This document shows, in pieces, positions 9,605 through 17,528 of a stretch of DNA of 55,856 bases. Source of the stretch: Natrialbaceae archaeon. GTDB taxonomy: Archaea > Halobacteriota > Halobacteria > Halobacteriales > Natrialbaceae. Every line of letters starts with the position of its first letter. Position 1 is the first letter of the stretch. The stretch covers positions 1 through 55,856 of the forward strand of contig JBKEGM010000001.1 in assembly GCA_046710005.1 (NCBI GenBank), in the 5' to 3' direction. The notes under the pieces are model-generated. The model did no database searches, had not been told where the DNA came from, and saw nothing but the letters and a program-made list of their open reading frames with translations. Position numbers and translations under genes: made by a program.

Positions 9605-9910
9605 TCAGGTAACGATCGAATAGGTGAAAAGCAACCCAAAGTACAGGACGACGAGCACGCCCAGTGCCTTCAACCGGAATCGTCGGAGGTCACCGCGTTC
9701 GACCTCGACTGCCCGGCTGGCAGCTGTGTGCTCTGCGTCGCTCGCGAGGTCCCAATGGCGGAGTCCGACGTGGAGATCACGCTGACGTTCATCAACGAAC
9801 GGACGACTGCAATGGGGGCAACGGAGCGGGGAGACGTCGGCTGGGAACTCGTATTGACGTTTGGGTTCCGGTCCGGCCCGCGAATCGGCTGGTGTTTCAG
9901 TTGGTGTCAT
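9605..9910 (-). CDS. membrane-anchored C2H2 zinc-finger protein, last gene of the coxB-coxC operon
   Basis: 101-aa ORF. 'CPHCSRPFVDERQRDLHVGLRH' has C-x2-C-x12-H-x5-H spacing, and the C-terminal helix 'ALGVLVVLYFGLLFTYSIV' is a TM anchor. ATGA overlap with the upstream gene (9907-9910). Confidence 0.7.
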   Translation of the reverse strand: MTPTETPADSRAGPEPKRQYEFPADVSPLRCPHCSRPFVDERQRDLHVGLRHWDLASDAEHTAASRAVEVERGDLRRFRLKALGVLVVLYFGLLFTYSIVT

Positions 9911-11289
9911 AGGTATGGTGGTGAGAGCGTCGGTTCAGCAACGATCCAGAGACTGAGGGTCGTATACGCGATCATGACGGCGATGAACGGGTACTGACTC
10001 CTGATGGCTTGCAAGCGGTCCGGGAAGAGATCGAACGAGATTGCATGAGCAACCCAGATGGCCAGCACGTGCCCGACCAGCACGAACGCCAATTCGAGAC
10101 CGCCGAACCAGCCCGGGAGAACCAGCCCCACCGGGGCCGCCGGGCCTGCAATAGGATGTCGGATTGCGGCGACCAGTGCCGGTGACAAGGTCAAGAAGTA
10201 TCCGAGGAAGTGCGCCAGGTGATATCCGGCTGCAATGGCCAACAAGGGAGACGCAAACCCCTTGGCGAGCGTCCCGGCGGAAAGGTACGTTGGCGCCGTG
10301 TGTCGCGCGAGTCGGGCGGCAATCCGATAGACGCCGAGGAAGATGGCATACCCCGTAACCAAGGCTCCACCGTAAACGGCGAGCGGCGGGATCCCTGCGT
10401 CGACGATTCGACCGGCGACGTCGCTCCAGGCCGGCGTGGTCACCAACCCGTCGTACGTCGTCACCCAAACGAGCGCAAGGACGAAGGCTACTTCGTCAGC
10501 GCCGTCGACGTCCGTTTGTCTGGTCAGGGCCATCCCAGGGAACCTGAGTTCAAAGCCTGAACTGCCCCAACCGATCGGGGCAACGCGACCGTAGTATCGA
10601 AACACGCGAGCCACGGGGTCGACGGTGGCGAACCAGCGTGGGGAACCGACGGCAACGGAACCTGCGAGGGTGATCACCGCGTAGGTCGCGACCGTCGTTG
10701 CCAACAATCGAGGGTCGTCCGCGAGCGGGGTGACGACTTCGACAAAGACGAGTACCAGAAGGCCGACGACGCTCGGCCAGACCCCGAATCGCTCGGGGTA
10801 TTCGATACCGACGGAGGGCAACCGTGAGGCGATTGCTCGGAGGGGGTCGACCGCCGGCCAGGCATTCGAGATCAGGTACGCGGACATCGCGAACCCGGCC
10901 CACCAGCCGACCCAGATCACCAGCACCGCTGGATTTCGGGTTGCTGTCTCCGGGCCAACGAATCCCACGACGATTACTCCGACCAGTGCCACGACGGCGA
11001 GTGTCGAGCCAATCGACCTGGCCGTGTCGAGTCCCCGCTGGGGAAGCACCGTCCGCCACTCATGAATCGACGTGACGAACGACCGATCCGTCGCAAAGGT
11101 AACCAGCAGAAACGACGCTCCGACCACGGCGCCCCCAGTCAGGAGAACGAGCCACTGTGGCACCGAAAGCGAGTCACTTGCTGACCGAAGCGAGGCACTA
11201 TGGGCGAGCACGGTTTGGGTGCTCGCCAGGAACAGAAGCATCGCGGCGACGGTCGAAACCACAATTCGCGCGCGACGCGAGGAAACCAT
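9907..11289 (-). CDS. polytopic membrane protein of unknown function in the oxidase operon (RR signal peptide; possible copper handling)
   Basis: 460-aa ORF with about 12 hydrophobic segments. The N-terminus 'SSRRARIVVSTVAAMLLFLASTQTVLA/HSAS' looks like a twin-arginine signal with an Ala-x-Ala-type site that would expose His. It lies 25 nt downstream of coxC. Confidence 0.8.
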   Translation of the reverse strand: MVSSRRARIVVSTVAAMLLFLASTQTVLAHSASLRSASDSLSVPQWLVLLTGGAVVGASFLLVTFATDRSFVTSIHEWRTVLPQRGLDTARSIGSTLAVVALVGVIVVGFVGPETATRNPAVLVIWVGWWAGFAMSAYLISNAWPAVDPLRAIASRLPSVGIEYPERFGVWPSVVGLLVLVFVEVVTPLADDPRLLATTVATYAVITLAGSVAVGSPRWFATVDPVARVFRYYGRVAPIGWGSSGFELRFPGMALTRQTDVDGADEVAFVLALVWVTTYDGLVTTPAWSDVAGRIVDAGIPPLAVYGGALVTGYAIFLGVYRIAARLARHTAPTYLSAGTLAKGFASPLLAIAAGYHLAHFLGYFLTLSPALVAAIRHPIAGPAAPVGLVLPGWFGGLELAFVLVGHVLAIWVAHAISFDLFPDRLQAIRSQYPFIAVMIAYTTLSLWIVAEPTLSPPYL

Positions 11290-11314
11290 GAGTCCGTGTG
11301 CGGCCCCCGGTGTC

Positions 11315-12187
11315 TTATAAGGTGGCGCCGACGTACAGGGTTATGACCAGGAACAGCCAGACAGCGTCGACGAAATGCCAATACATCGTGACGGTACTGA
11401 CGGAAACGTGACGGTCGGCTGAATACTGCCCCCGAAATGCCCGCACAAACACGATTCCAAGCAACACCGCGCCCATGGTGACGTGGAGGCCGTGAAGGCC
11501 GGTCAGGCCATAGAACGCGCTCGCGAAGATTTGTTCGAGGCCCTCTGTCGCCCAGATATTGAAGTTTTCAGCGACGATGAACTCGTAGTACTCGTAGGCC
11601 TGGCCGGCGATAAAGACCGCCCCGAGGAGTATCGTGGTCCCGAGCAGCCGGATGAAGCGCGTGCGGTTGTCTCGACGAAGGGCGACGTGCGAATAGTGAA
11701 GCGTGACACTGCTAGTTACCAGTAGGAGGGTGTTCAAGAAGACCAGACTGCCCAGAAGGTTTGGAGGAAGTGCGCCCGGATCCCACGGTCGAACCCGGAT
11801 AAAGAAGTAGTAGACGAACCCCGCCCCGAACGTGGCAATTTCGGTCCCCAGAAAGAGGAGCATCCCCCAACGGAATTTCGACGCCGCGGTGGGGCCGGTA
11901 TCCCTGGACCAGAAGCCGACGACGAACGCATGATACACCCAACCATATAAACCGACGAGAAAGAGGGTGGTGGCACCGATCAGACTCACTGGCCCTGCCA
12001 ATTCGGGAACCACGCCCTCTAAACGGGCGCCTAACAACCACAGCGCGGCGGCGACGTAGAAACCTGCCGCCCCGACCGAGGTGATAAACGGCCACCAGCT
12101 CGCTTCGCCGAATCCTTGCGGCCAATCTTCCACGGCTGGAAGGTGGTGGCCCCCATGATCATCCGCCGTGTCTTCAGTCACCGTCAT
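11315..12187 (-). CDS. coxC: heme-copper (cytochrome c/aa3-type) oxidase subunit III
   Basis: 290-aa, 7-TM ORF. 'FYGLTGLHGLHVTMG...TMYWHFVDAVWLFL' are subunit III hallmarks. Confidence 0.9.
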   Translation of the reverse strand: MTVTEDTADDHGGHHLPAVEDWPQGFGEASWWPFITSVGAAGFYVAAALWLLGARLEGVVPELAGPVSLIGATTLFLVGLYGWVYHAFVVGFWSRDTGPTAASKFRWGMLLFLGTEIATFGAGFVYYFFIRVRPWDPGALPPNLLGSLVFLNTLLLVTSSVTLHYSHVALRRDNRTRFIRLLGTTILLGAVFIAGQAYEYYEFIVAENFNIWATEGLEQIFASAFYGLTGLHGLHVTMGAVLLGIVFVRAFRGQYSADRHVSVSTVTMYWHFVDAVWLFLVITLYVGATL

Positions 12188-12268
12188 CGTTGTTCCTTGC
12201 GTACGGTTGTGTCGAAATGGTTCTGGCTTTTCGAAACGGTACTGGATCGTTCCTCCCCTCGTTCCGGT

Positions 12269-13012
12269 TCATCCTTGACAGGTTGCGTTCGTGGCGTCCC
12301 ACGTGCCGCCCGCGCTCTCACAGGCGTCGCCAAGTTCCTCCTCATATTCGTCTTGGGGCACCACTTCCACGGTGAACATCATGCCAGAATGGCCCACACC
12401 ACAGTATTCGGCACAGTATCCCTGATACGTGCCCGGTTTTTCGGGGACTGTCCTGATCGTGTTGACCTGCCCCGGCATGGCGTCTTGCTTCAGCGACATA
12501 TCCGGCACGTGGAACGAATGGATCCACCGTTCGCTCGTGATACTGAAGTACACCGTCTCGTTAGCGGGAACAATTACCTCGTTGGTCGTGCTGAAATTCC
12601 CATGATCGGGGTAGTAAAAATTCCAGGCCCAGGTTTCGGCGACCACATCGATTTCAGTTTCGTCTGCTGATATCTCGTCGTCACCAGGCATCGTGACGTC
12701 AGGTTCGGCCATGACGGTGAACGCCGAGACCCCAACGAATAGGAGGACGAGTGCTGTCGCGATTGTCCACGTGATTTCTAACCGGCGATTCTCCAGCGTG
12801 GGCTTCGGGTCGTCGTTGTTGCGGTACCGAAGCACCGTGTAGAGGAGGATCGCCTCGACGAGTATCGAGATGGTGATCGCCACAACCAGGAGCTTGCTGT
12901 TCAATCCCCAGATCAGGCGGTCCGTCGAACTCGACGCCGCCGCCACTGGCCCGGTGGCCACCGCCAGCCCCGCCAGGATGGACAGGCCCCCGACCATCCA
13001 CTTACGGTTCAT
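12269..13012 (-). CDS. coxB: heme-copper oxidase subunit II (CuA subunit)
   Basis: CuA motif 'HSFHVP...CAEYCGVGHSGM'. Met at 13012 ('MNRKWMVGGLSILAG') is preferred because a TATA-like block sits about 29 nt upstream; Met at 13033 is the alternative. Confidence 0.9.
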   Translation of the reverse strand: MNRKWMVGGLSILAGLAVATGPVAAASSSTDRLIWGLNSKLLVVAITISILVEAILLYTVLRYRNNDDPKPTLENRRLEITWTIATALVLLFVGVSAFTVMAEPDVTMPGDDEISADETEIDVVAETWAWNFYYPDHGNFSTTNEVIVPANETVYFSITSERWIHSFHVPDMSLKQDAMPGQVNTIRTVPEKPGTYQGYCAEYCGVGHSGMMFTVEVVPQDEYEEELGDACESAGGTWDATNATCQG

Positions 13013-13036
13013 ATAGGTCACGCTAAGTTTCATGGG

Positions 13037-13046
13037 TTTATATATG
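13037..13046. promoter_or_regulatory. candidate shared TATA element for divergent coxB and ctaA/ctaB
   Basis: 'TTTATATATG' is the only AT-rich block in the 66-bp divergent spacer. Its centre is about 29 nt from the ATG at 13012 (minus strand) and about 38 nt from the ATG at 13079 (plus strand). Confidence 0.35.
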
Positions 13047-13078
13047 TACGGGGTGCCGAAAATGGGGGTCCAAGCGGG

Positions 13079-14557
13079 ATGCCTAAGTATGCGGAGACTA
13101 ACCATTCACCACAGATCGTGACGACCAACCGTTTTCCCGCGCCGGTACGGACCCATCCCCGGTTCGTGGCGCTCCTCGGAACTGCTGCGATGGGGACGTA
13201 CTTGCTCATCATCGTGGGGGCGACAACCGCTGTCACCGACGCGTCGAGCGCTTGCTCCACCTGGCCGGCGTGTGGTGGGCAGTGGCTAGTCCCCCTCAAG
13301 CCGTCGGAACTGTTTATAGCATGGGGACACCGCGTCGTCGCACTAATCGTCGGACTGTTGCTTCTGGCTACCGGATTCGTCGCGTGGCGTGGGGGGACCA
13401 GTCAGCGCGTTCTGAACGCCATAGTGGTCCCAATTACACTCTTCCCGGTTCAGGTCGGGATCGGCGCCATCGCTGCTACAGCAGGCGTTGGGCCGTATAT
13501 CAGTGGTGCCCACCTCGCGATCGGCATCGCTATCTTCGGTTCGACGGTTTTCGCGCTCGCGTGGACTCTCGAACAGGAAACGGGAACTGATGAGGACGAT
13601 GATAGCGCCGATGGAGGACCCCATCTCGATCCGGATCCGCTCCCGGACGCGAACGCGCCGACGGCACCCGAGATTCCGGACGAACCGACGCCAAAACTAC
13701 GTCTCAAGGCGTCCGCGTATCTTGAATTGATGAAGCCTCGGCTGATGTGGTTGTTGAGCCTGGTGGCGGCCGCGAGCATGGCCCTGGCGGCGGGACCGGA
13801 CCTGGCCCCCGGAGTGATCCTGAAAACTCTCGGTGGGGGCGTTCTCGCCATCGGTGCGAGCGGAACGTTCAATCATGTGTTGGAACGCGACGTGGACCGG
13901 AAGATGGCCAGGACAGCGGATCGGGCCCTTGCCGTCGACCTCGTCTCCGTGAGGAACGCGGTCGCGTTCGGTGTGATCCTGTCCGTCGCATCGCTTGCAC
14001 TGTTCGCTTCGATCAACCTGCTTGCTGCCGGGCTTGGACTCACCGCTATCGTCTTTTATAGCGTGATCTACACGCTCGTCCTCAAGCCCAACACGGTTCA
14101 GAACACCGTTATTGGTGGGGCTGCGGGTGCCCTTCCGGCCCTGATCGGCTGGGCTGCAGTAGAAGGGTCGCTCGGCGTGCCAGGCTTGGCGCTGGGTGGG
14201 CTGATCTTCCTCTGGACCCCCGCACACTTCTACAACCTTGCGCTGGCTTACAAGGAGGACTACGCTCGTGGTGGCTTCCCGATGATGCCCGTCGTCCGCG
14301 GCGACGCGATCACTCGCAAGCACATCACACTGTACTTCGCGGCGACGCTGTCGGCCGCGACGGTTCTCACGGCCGTCGGCGGGCTCGGGCCGCTGTACGC
14401 GCTCGCAAGCGTCGGCCTCGGAAGTGTCTTCCTGTGGGCAATCGTTCGCCTGCACTGGGAGCGCACCGAGTCAGCCGCACTGCGGGCTTTTCACGCGTCC
14501 AATGCGTACCTCGGCATCGTCCTCGTGACAATCGTCGTCGATGCCATTGCGGTATGA
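13079..14557 (+). CDS. ctaB: fused compact heme A synthase-like domain (CtaA/COX15) and protoheme IX farnesyltransferase (CtaB/COX10, heme O synthase)
   Basis: 492 aa. The N-terminal 4-TM part carries 'CSTWPACGG', 'WGHRVVAL' and 'SGAHLAIG' (CtaA-type Cys pair and His ligands). An acidic/Pro linker follows. The C-terminal part is a UbiA-family prenyltransferase ('GTFNHVLERDVDRKMARTADR', 'WTPAHFYNLALAYKEDY'). Confidence 0.9.
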   Translation: MPKYAETNHSPQIVTTNRFPAPVRTHPRFVALLGTAAMGTYLLIIVGATTAVTDASSACSTWPACGGQWLVPLKPSELFIAWGHRVVALIVGLLLLATGFVAWRGGTSQRVLNAIVVPITLFPVQVGIGAIAATAGVGPYISGAHLAIGIAIFGSTVFALAWTLEQETGTDEDDDSADGGPHLDPDPLPDANAPTAPEIPDEPTPKLRLKASAYLELMKPRLMWLLSLVAAASMALAAGPDLAPGVILKTLGGGVLAIGASGTFNHVLERDVDRKMARTADRALAVDLVSVRNAVAFGVILSVASLALFASINLLAAGLGLTAIVFYSVIYTLVLKPNTVQNTVIGGAAGALPALIGWAAVEGSLGVPGLALGGLIFLWTPAHFYNLALAYKEDYARGGFPMMPVVRGDAITRKHITLYFAATLSAATVLTAVGGLGPLYALASVGLGSVFLWAIVRLHWERTESAALRAFHASNAYLGIVLVTIVVDAIAV

Positions 14558-15231
14558 ACGTAACCGATGTCGCCGGTCGACTCCGTCGGCGCGGTCCCGC
14601 CAAAAGGACACTCCTGTACGGTGCTGTGATCGTGAACGCCGAGATTCTCTGGTTGTTGGGGTATACCCTCGTGACCGGCGTCGTGCCCGATGAACCATTG
14701 TACTATTACCCGTTCGTTTGGCTCAACGTCGGCCTCTGGGCCGTTTGGCGGACAAGCCCGACTCCGACGACGACCCGCAACCGGCGGATCGCATTGGGCG
14801 CCGCGACGGGATATTTCATCGTTCTGGCCTACTTCGGTGGGCTGTTCGGGACCGCCGGCGTTCCCTCTGGCACGACTCCGGCCGGGATTCGCGTTGCGCT
14901 CGAATCACTGCCCCCAGGGTGGAATCCGGCACTCCTCTACGAAGGAGAGTTCCTCCGCGCGGCGATCATTCCCTACAAATTCGTCGGCTACCTGGCCCTG
15001 GCGTACCTGGTGTATGCAACCGCGATCGACGCGGCTGGCGCGGCCCTGTCTGGCGTCATTGGCTTACTCTCCTGTGTAAGCTGTACCTGGCCCGTCCTCG
15101 CGACCATCGTCAGCGGGATCGCCGGGAGTTCGACAGCACTCGTAAGTAGCGTCTACAGCCAGTCCTACGGCCTCTCGACGGTGGTGTTTGTCGTGACCGT
15201 CGGGTTGCTGTACTGGCGACCGACGCAGTGA
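14554..15231 (+). CDS. polytopic membrane protein with intramembrane CxxC, translationally coupled to ctaB
   Basis: Start 'MNVTDVAGRL' overlaps the ctaB stop (ATGA at 14554-14557). Five or six TM helices, with a 'LLSCVSCTWPVL' motif near the C-terminus. Confidence 0.75.
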   Translation: MNVTDVAGRLRRRGPAKRTLLYGAVIVNAEILWLLGYTLVTGVVPDEPLYYYPFVWLNVGLWAVWRTSPTPTTTRNRRIALGAATGYFIVLAYFGGLFGTAGVPSGTTPAGIRVALESLPPGWNPALLYEGEFLRAAIIPYKFVGYLALAYLVYATAIDAAGAALSGVIGLLSCVSCTWPVLATIVSGIAGSSTALVSSVYSQSYGLSTVVFVVTVGLLYWRPTQ

Positions 15232-15237
15232 TTCCAC

Positions 15238-15657
15238 CTGCAACCGATCGAACACGCGTTCGTTGGGTCGCTCGTCTCGGCATTCGGCGTCGCGGCGCTA
15301 TGGGGTGTGACCCGTCTCTCCGTCCCCTTCTTGGCGCTTCTGTTCGCCTACGGCCTGGCCCTGAGCATCTTCATCGACCTCGACCATTTCCCCCTGGCTC
15401 GCGCCGAGGTCGGGCATTGGGGGCACTTCTGGCAGGCGGCCCGAAACCTTCCGGACGTTCTGTTGGGCCGAGTGACGCTGTTCGAAGCGTCGATCGCGGA
15501 TCGGCTTCGTCGTCACCGCATCGCGAGTCACGCCGTAATCGGCGTGATACTCGTCGGGGTTGGGTGGGGTATCCGACCATCAGTGGGGGCCTTTACACTC
15601 CTCGTGTTCGGAGCGCACGTTGGGTGTGACCTCCTCAGGGACCGGGAGATCCTGTGA
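15238..15657 (+). CDS. membrane-bound metal-dependent hydrolase (YdjM/DUF457-like); start codon uncertain
   Basis: The ORF track starts at GTG 15307. However, the in-frame upstream peptide 'QPIEHAFVGSLVSAFGVAALWG' supplies the family's N-terminal His and TM1, followed by 'FIDLDHFP', 'IASHAVIG' and 'GAHVGCDLL'. The only start-like codon upstream is CTG 15238. Confidence 0.6.
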   Translation: MQPIEHAFVGSLVSAFGVAALWGVTRLSVPFLALLFAYGLALSIFIDLDHFPLARAEVGHWGHFWQAARNLPDVLLGRVTLFEASIADRLRRHRIASHAVIGVILVGVGWGIRPSVGAFTLLVFGAHVGCDLLRDREIL

Positions 15658-15731
15658 CGGATCCGCTCACCTGCTCGGCAAGGTGGACCGATACCGACGC
15701 CCCTTAAGCCGATCCACGTGTATGGGAGCCC

Positions 15732-16694
15732 ATGTCAGCGACCGTGGTCGCCGACGAGGTTCGGAGGGTCTACGGCGACGTCATCGCCCTCGACGGGGTT
15801 TCGCTGTCAGTCGAGGCCGGCGAGGTGTTCGTCCTGATTGGCCCGAACGGGGCCGGCAAGACCACGCTAGTCAGGGCACTCACGGGGACGACCGAGCCGA
15901 GCGACGGAACCGCGGCACTCTTCGGATCGTCACCGGCGTCGGTCGACCGCTCTCGCCTGGGCGTATTGCCCCAGGCATTCCGTCCGTATAGCCGACTGAC
16001 CCCTCAAGAACTCCTCGATTACTACGCCGGGTTGTACGACGAGGTTCGGTCGGTCGAGGACGTATTGTCGGACGTCGGCCTGGTCGACGCAGCCGACGTC
16101 CGGTACGAGAATCTCTCGGGCGGCCAGCAGCGACGGACATGCTTAGGGGTCGCGCTGGTCAACGATCCTGACCTCCTGTTTCTCGACGAGCCGACCACCG
16201 GGATCGACCCGGCCGGGCGGCGCACGGTGCAACACCGGATCGCCGACCTCGCTGCCGGCGGGACGACGGTGTTCTTGACCACTCACGATATGGCCGAAGC
16301 CGAACGCTTGGCAGACCGGGTCGGGCTCCTCGCGAAGGGCAAACTGGTCGCACGTGGGTCCCCGGCCGAATTGATCGACGACCATGGTGGCGACCGGCGA
16401 CTGGTGATCAACGTTGAGGGATCGACGTCGGAGGGGGTGGATGCCCTCGCAGACGATAAATTCGAAACCGAAATTACGGACGGCGAACTCCGAGTATACG
16501 GCGTCGAAGCGACGGCCATCGGGAACGTCGTGGCCGCGCTGGAGGCTGCAGGTATCGAGTACACCGAAGTGTCGTGGTCGCAACCGAGTCTGGAGGACGT
16601 TTACCTTTCGTTAACGGGGGAAACCTTCGACCCGCACGACAAGACCGTGCCAGCCACCGCGACCGGAGCCATCGAGGAGGGTGAACCGACGTGA
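15732..16694 (+). CDS. ABC transporter ATP-binding protein (ABC-2/DrrA-like exporter)
   Basis: Walker A 'GPNGAGKTT', ABC signature 'LSGGQQRR', Walker B 'LLFLDEPTTGID'. Confidence 0.93.
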   Translation: MSATVVADEVRRVYGDVIALDGVSLSVEAGEVFVLIGPNGAGKTTLVRALTGTTEPSDGTAALFGSSPASVDRSRLGVLPQAFRPYSRLTPQELLDYYAGLYDEVRSVEDVLSDVGLVDAADVRYENLSGGQQRRTCLGVALVNDPDLLFLDEPTTGIDPAGRRTVQHRIADLAAGGTTVFLTTHDMAEAERLADRVGLLAKGKLVARGSPAELIDDHGGDRRLVINVEGSTSEGVDALADDKFETEITDGELRVYGVEATAIGNVVAALEAAGIEYTEVSWSQPSLEDVYLSLTGETFDPHDKTVPATATGAIEEGEPT

Positions 16695-17443
16695 GTCGCA
16701 CCAGTCGGATCCGATCCGAAGCGACGGCCGCCTGGCATGCATTCCTCCGGCGCCGGACGGCGGTCTTTTTTACGTTTTTCTTCCCGGTCATTCTGATCGT
16801 CATTTTCGGGGCGCTCGTGCGGACGGACCCTGGTGGCGGTGGCCTGTTCACCGAACCCGCGGGGTACTACGTCCCAGGTTACCTTGCAGTCGTGGTCCTG
16901 TTCACCCCGCTCTCGCGTCTCGGGAGTACCGTGGCTCGAAACCGAGAGGGCAACCGCTTCGAGAAACTGGCGACGACGCCGCTCACCCGGACGGAGTGGC
17001 TCGCCGCCCACACGGCCGTCAACGGGGCCATCATCGGCCTCGCGAGCCTGCTCATCCTGGGGCTCGTGGTCGTGCTGACGGGCGCCGAGGTTGGGTTCTC
17101 GCCGCTGCTTCTCCCGTTCGTCGCGTTCGGCGTCGTCCTCTTCTGTGGGGTCGGCGCGCTCCTCGGGCGACTCGCCGATTCCCAGGACGGCGCCGTGACC
17201 GCTTCGAACGCGATCGGACTGCCGTTGCTCTTCCTTTCCGAAACCTTCGTCACTCCCGACCTGTTGCCCGGCTGGTTCGAACCGCTCGTGAACCTTTCGC
17301 CGCTCACCTACTTTGCCCGTGGAACGCGGGCGGCGACCTATCGGGCGAGCGGGGCGTCGCCGTATCCGAGCCTGGCAGTTCTCGTCGTATTGGCGATCGT
17401 CGCGTTCGCGCTCGGAGCGTACGCCATTCCACGGACCGACTGA
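16691..17443 (+). CDS. ABC-2 type transporter permease
   Basis: 250-aa, 6-TM ORF whose start overlaps the ATPase stop by 4 nt. Typical ABC-2 permease layout. Confidence 0.87.
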   Translation: MSRTSRIRSEATAAWHAFLRRRTAVFFTFFFPVILIVIFGALVRTDPGGGGLFTEPAGYYVPGYLAVVVLFTPLSRLGSTVARNREGNRFEKLATTPLTRTEWLAAHTAVNGAIIGLASLLILGLVVVLTGAEVGFSPLLLPFVAFGVVLFCGVGALLGRLADSQDGAVTASNAIGLPLLFLSETFVTPDLLPGWFEPLVNLSPLTYFARGTRAATYRASGASPYPSLAVLVVLAIVAFALGAYAIPRTD

Positions 17444-17465
17444 TCTGCTGGCGATACGTTCCGGC

Positions 17466-17528
17466 TGAGCTGGCTCACATTGTACACACGACAAGCGCTA
17501 AGTGAGTTGGCTCACAATGTACACACGA
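17466..17528 (+). repeat. two 26-nt direct repeats (24/26 identical, 37-bp period) immediately upstream of the RHH gene; candidate operator
   Basis: TGAGCTGGCTCACATTGTACACACGA (17466-17491) and TGAGTTGGCTCACAATGTACACACGA (17503-17528). Each contains an ACAnTGT mini-palindrome. The second copy ends at the A of the RHH start codon. Confidence 0.75.

Noticed and set aside
15229-15231. The in-frame TGA between the CxxC membrane gene and the YdjM-like gene, considered as a recoded selenocysteine or programmed read-through codon producing a fusion protein.
   Set aside because: Halobacteria are not known to use selenocysteine, and I saw no SECIS-like hairpin downstream. The two proteins also look like complete independent domains. 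An unusual start or a damaged start codon is the simpler explanation and is reported as a finding.
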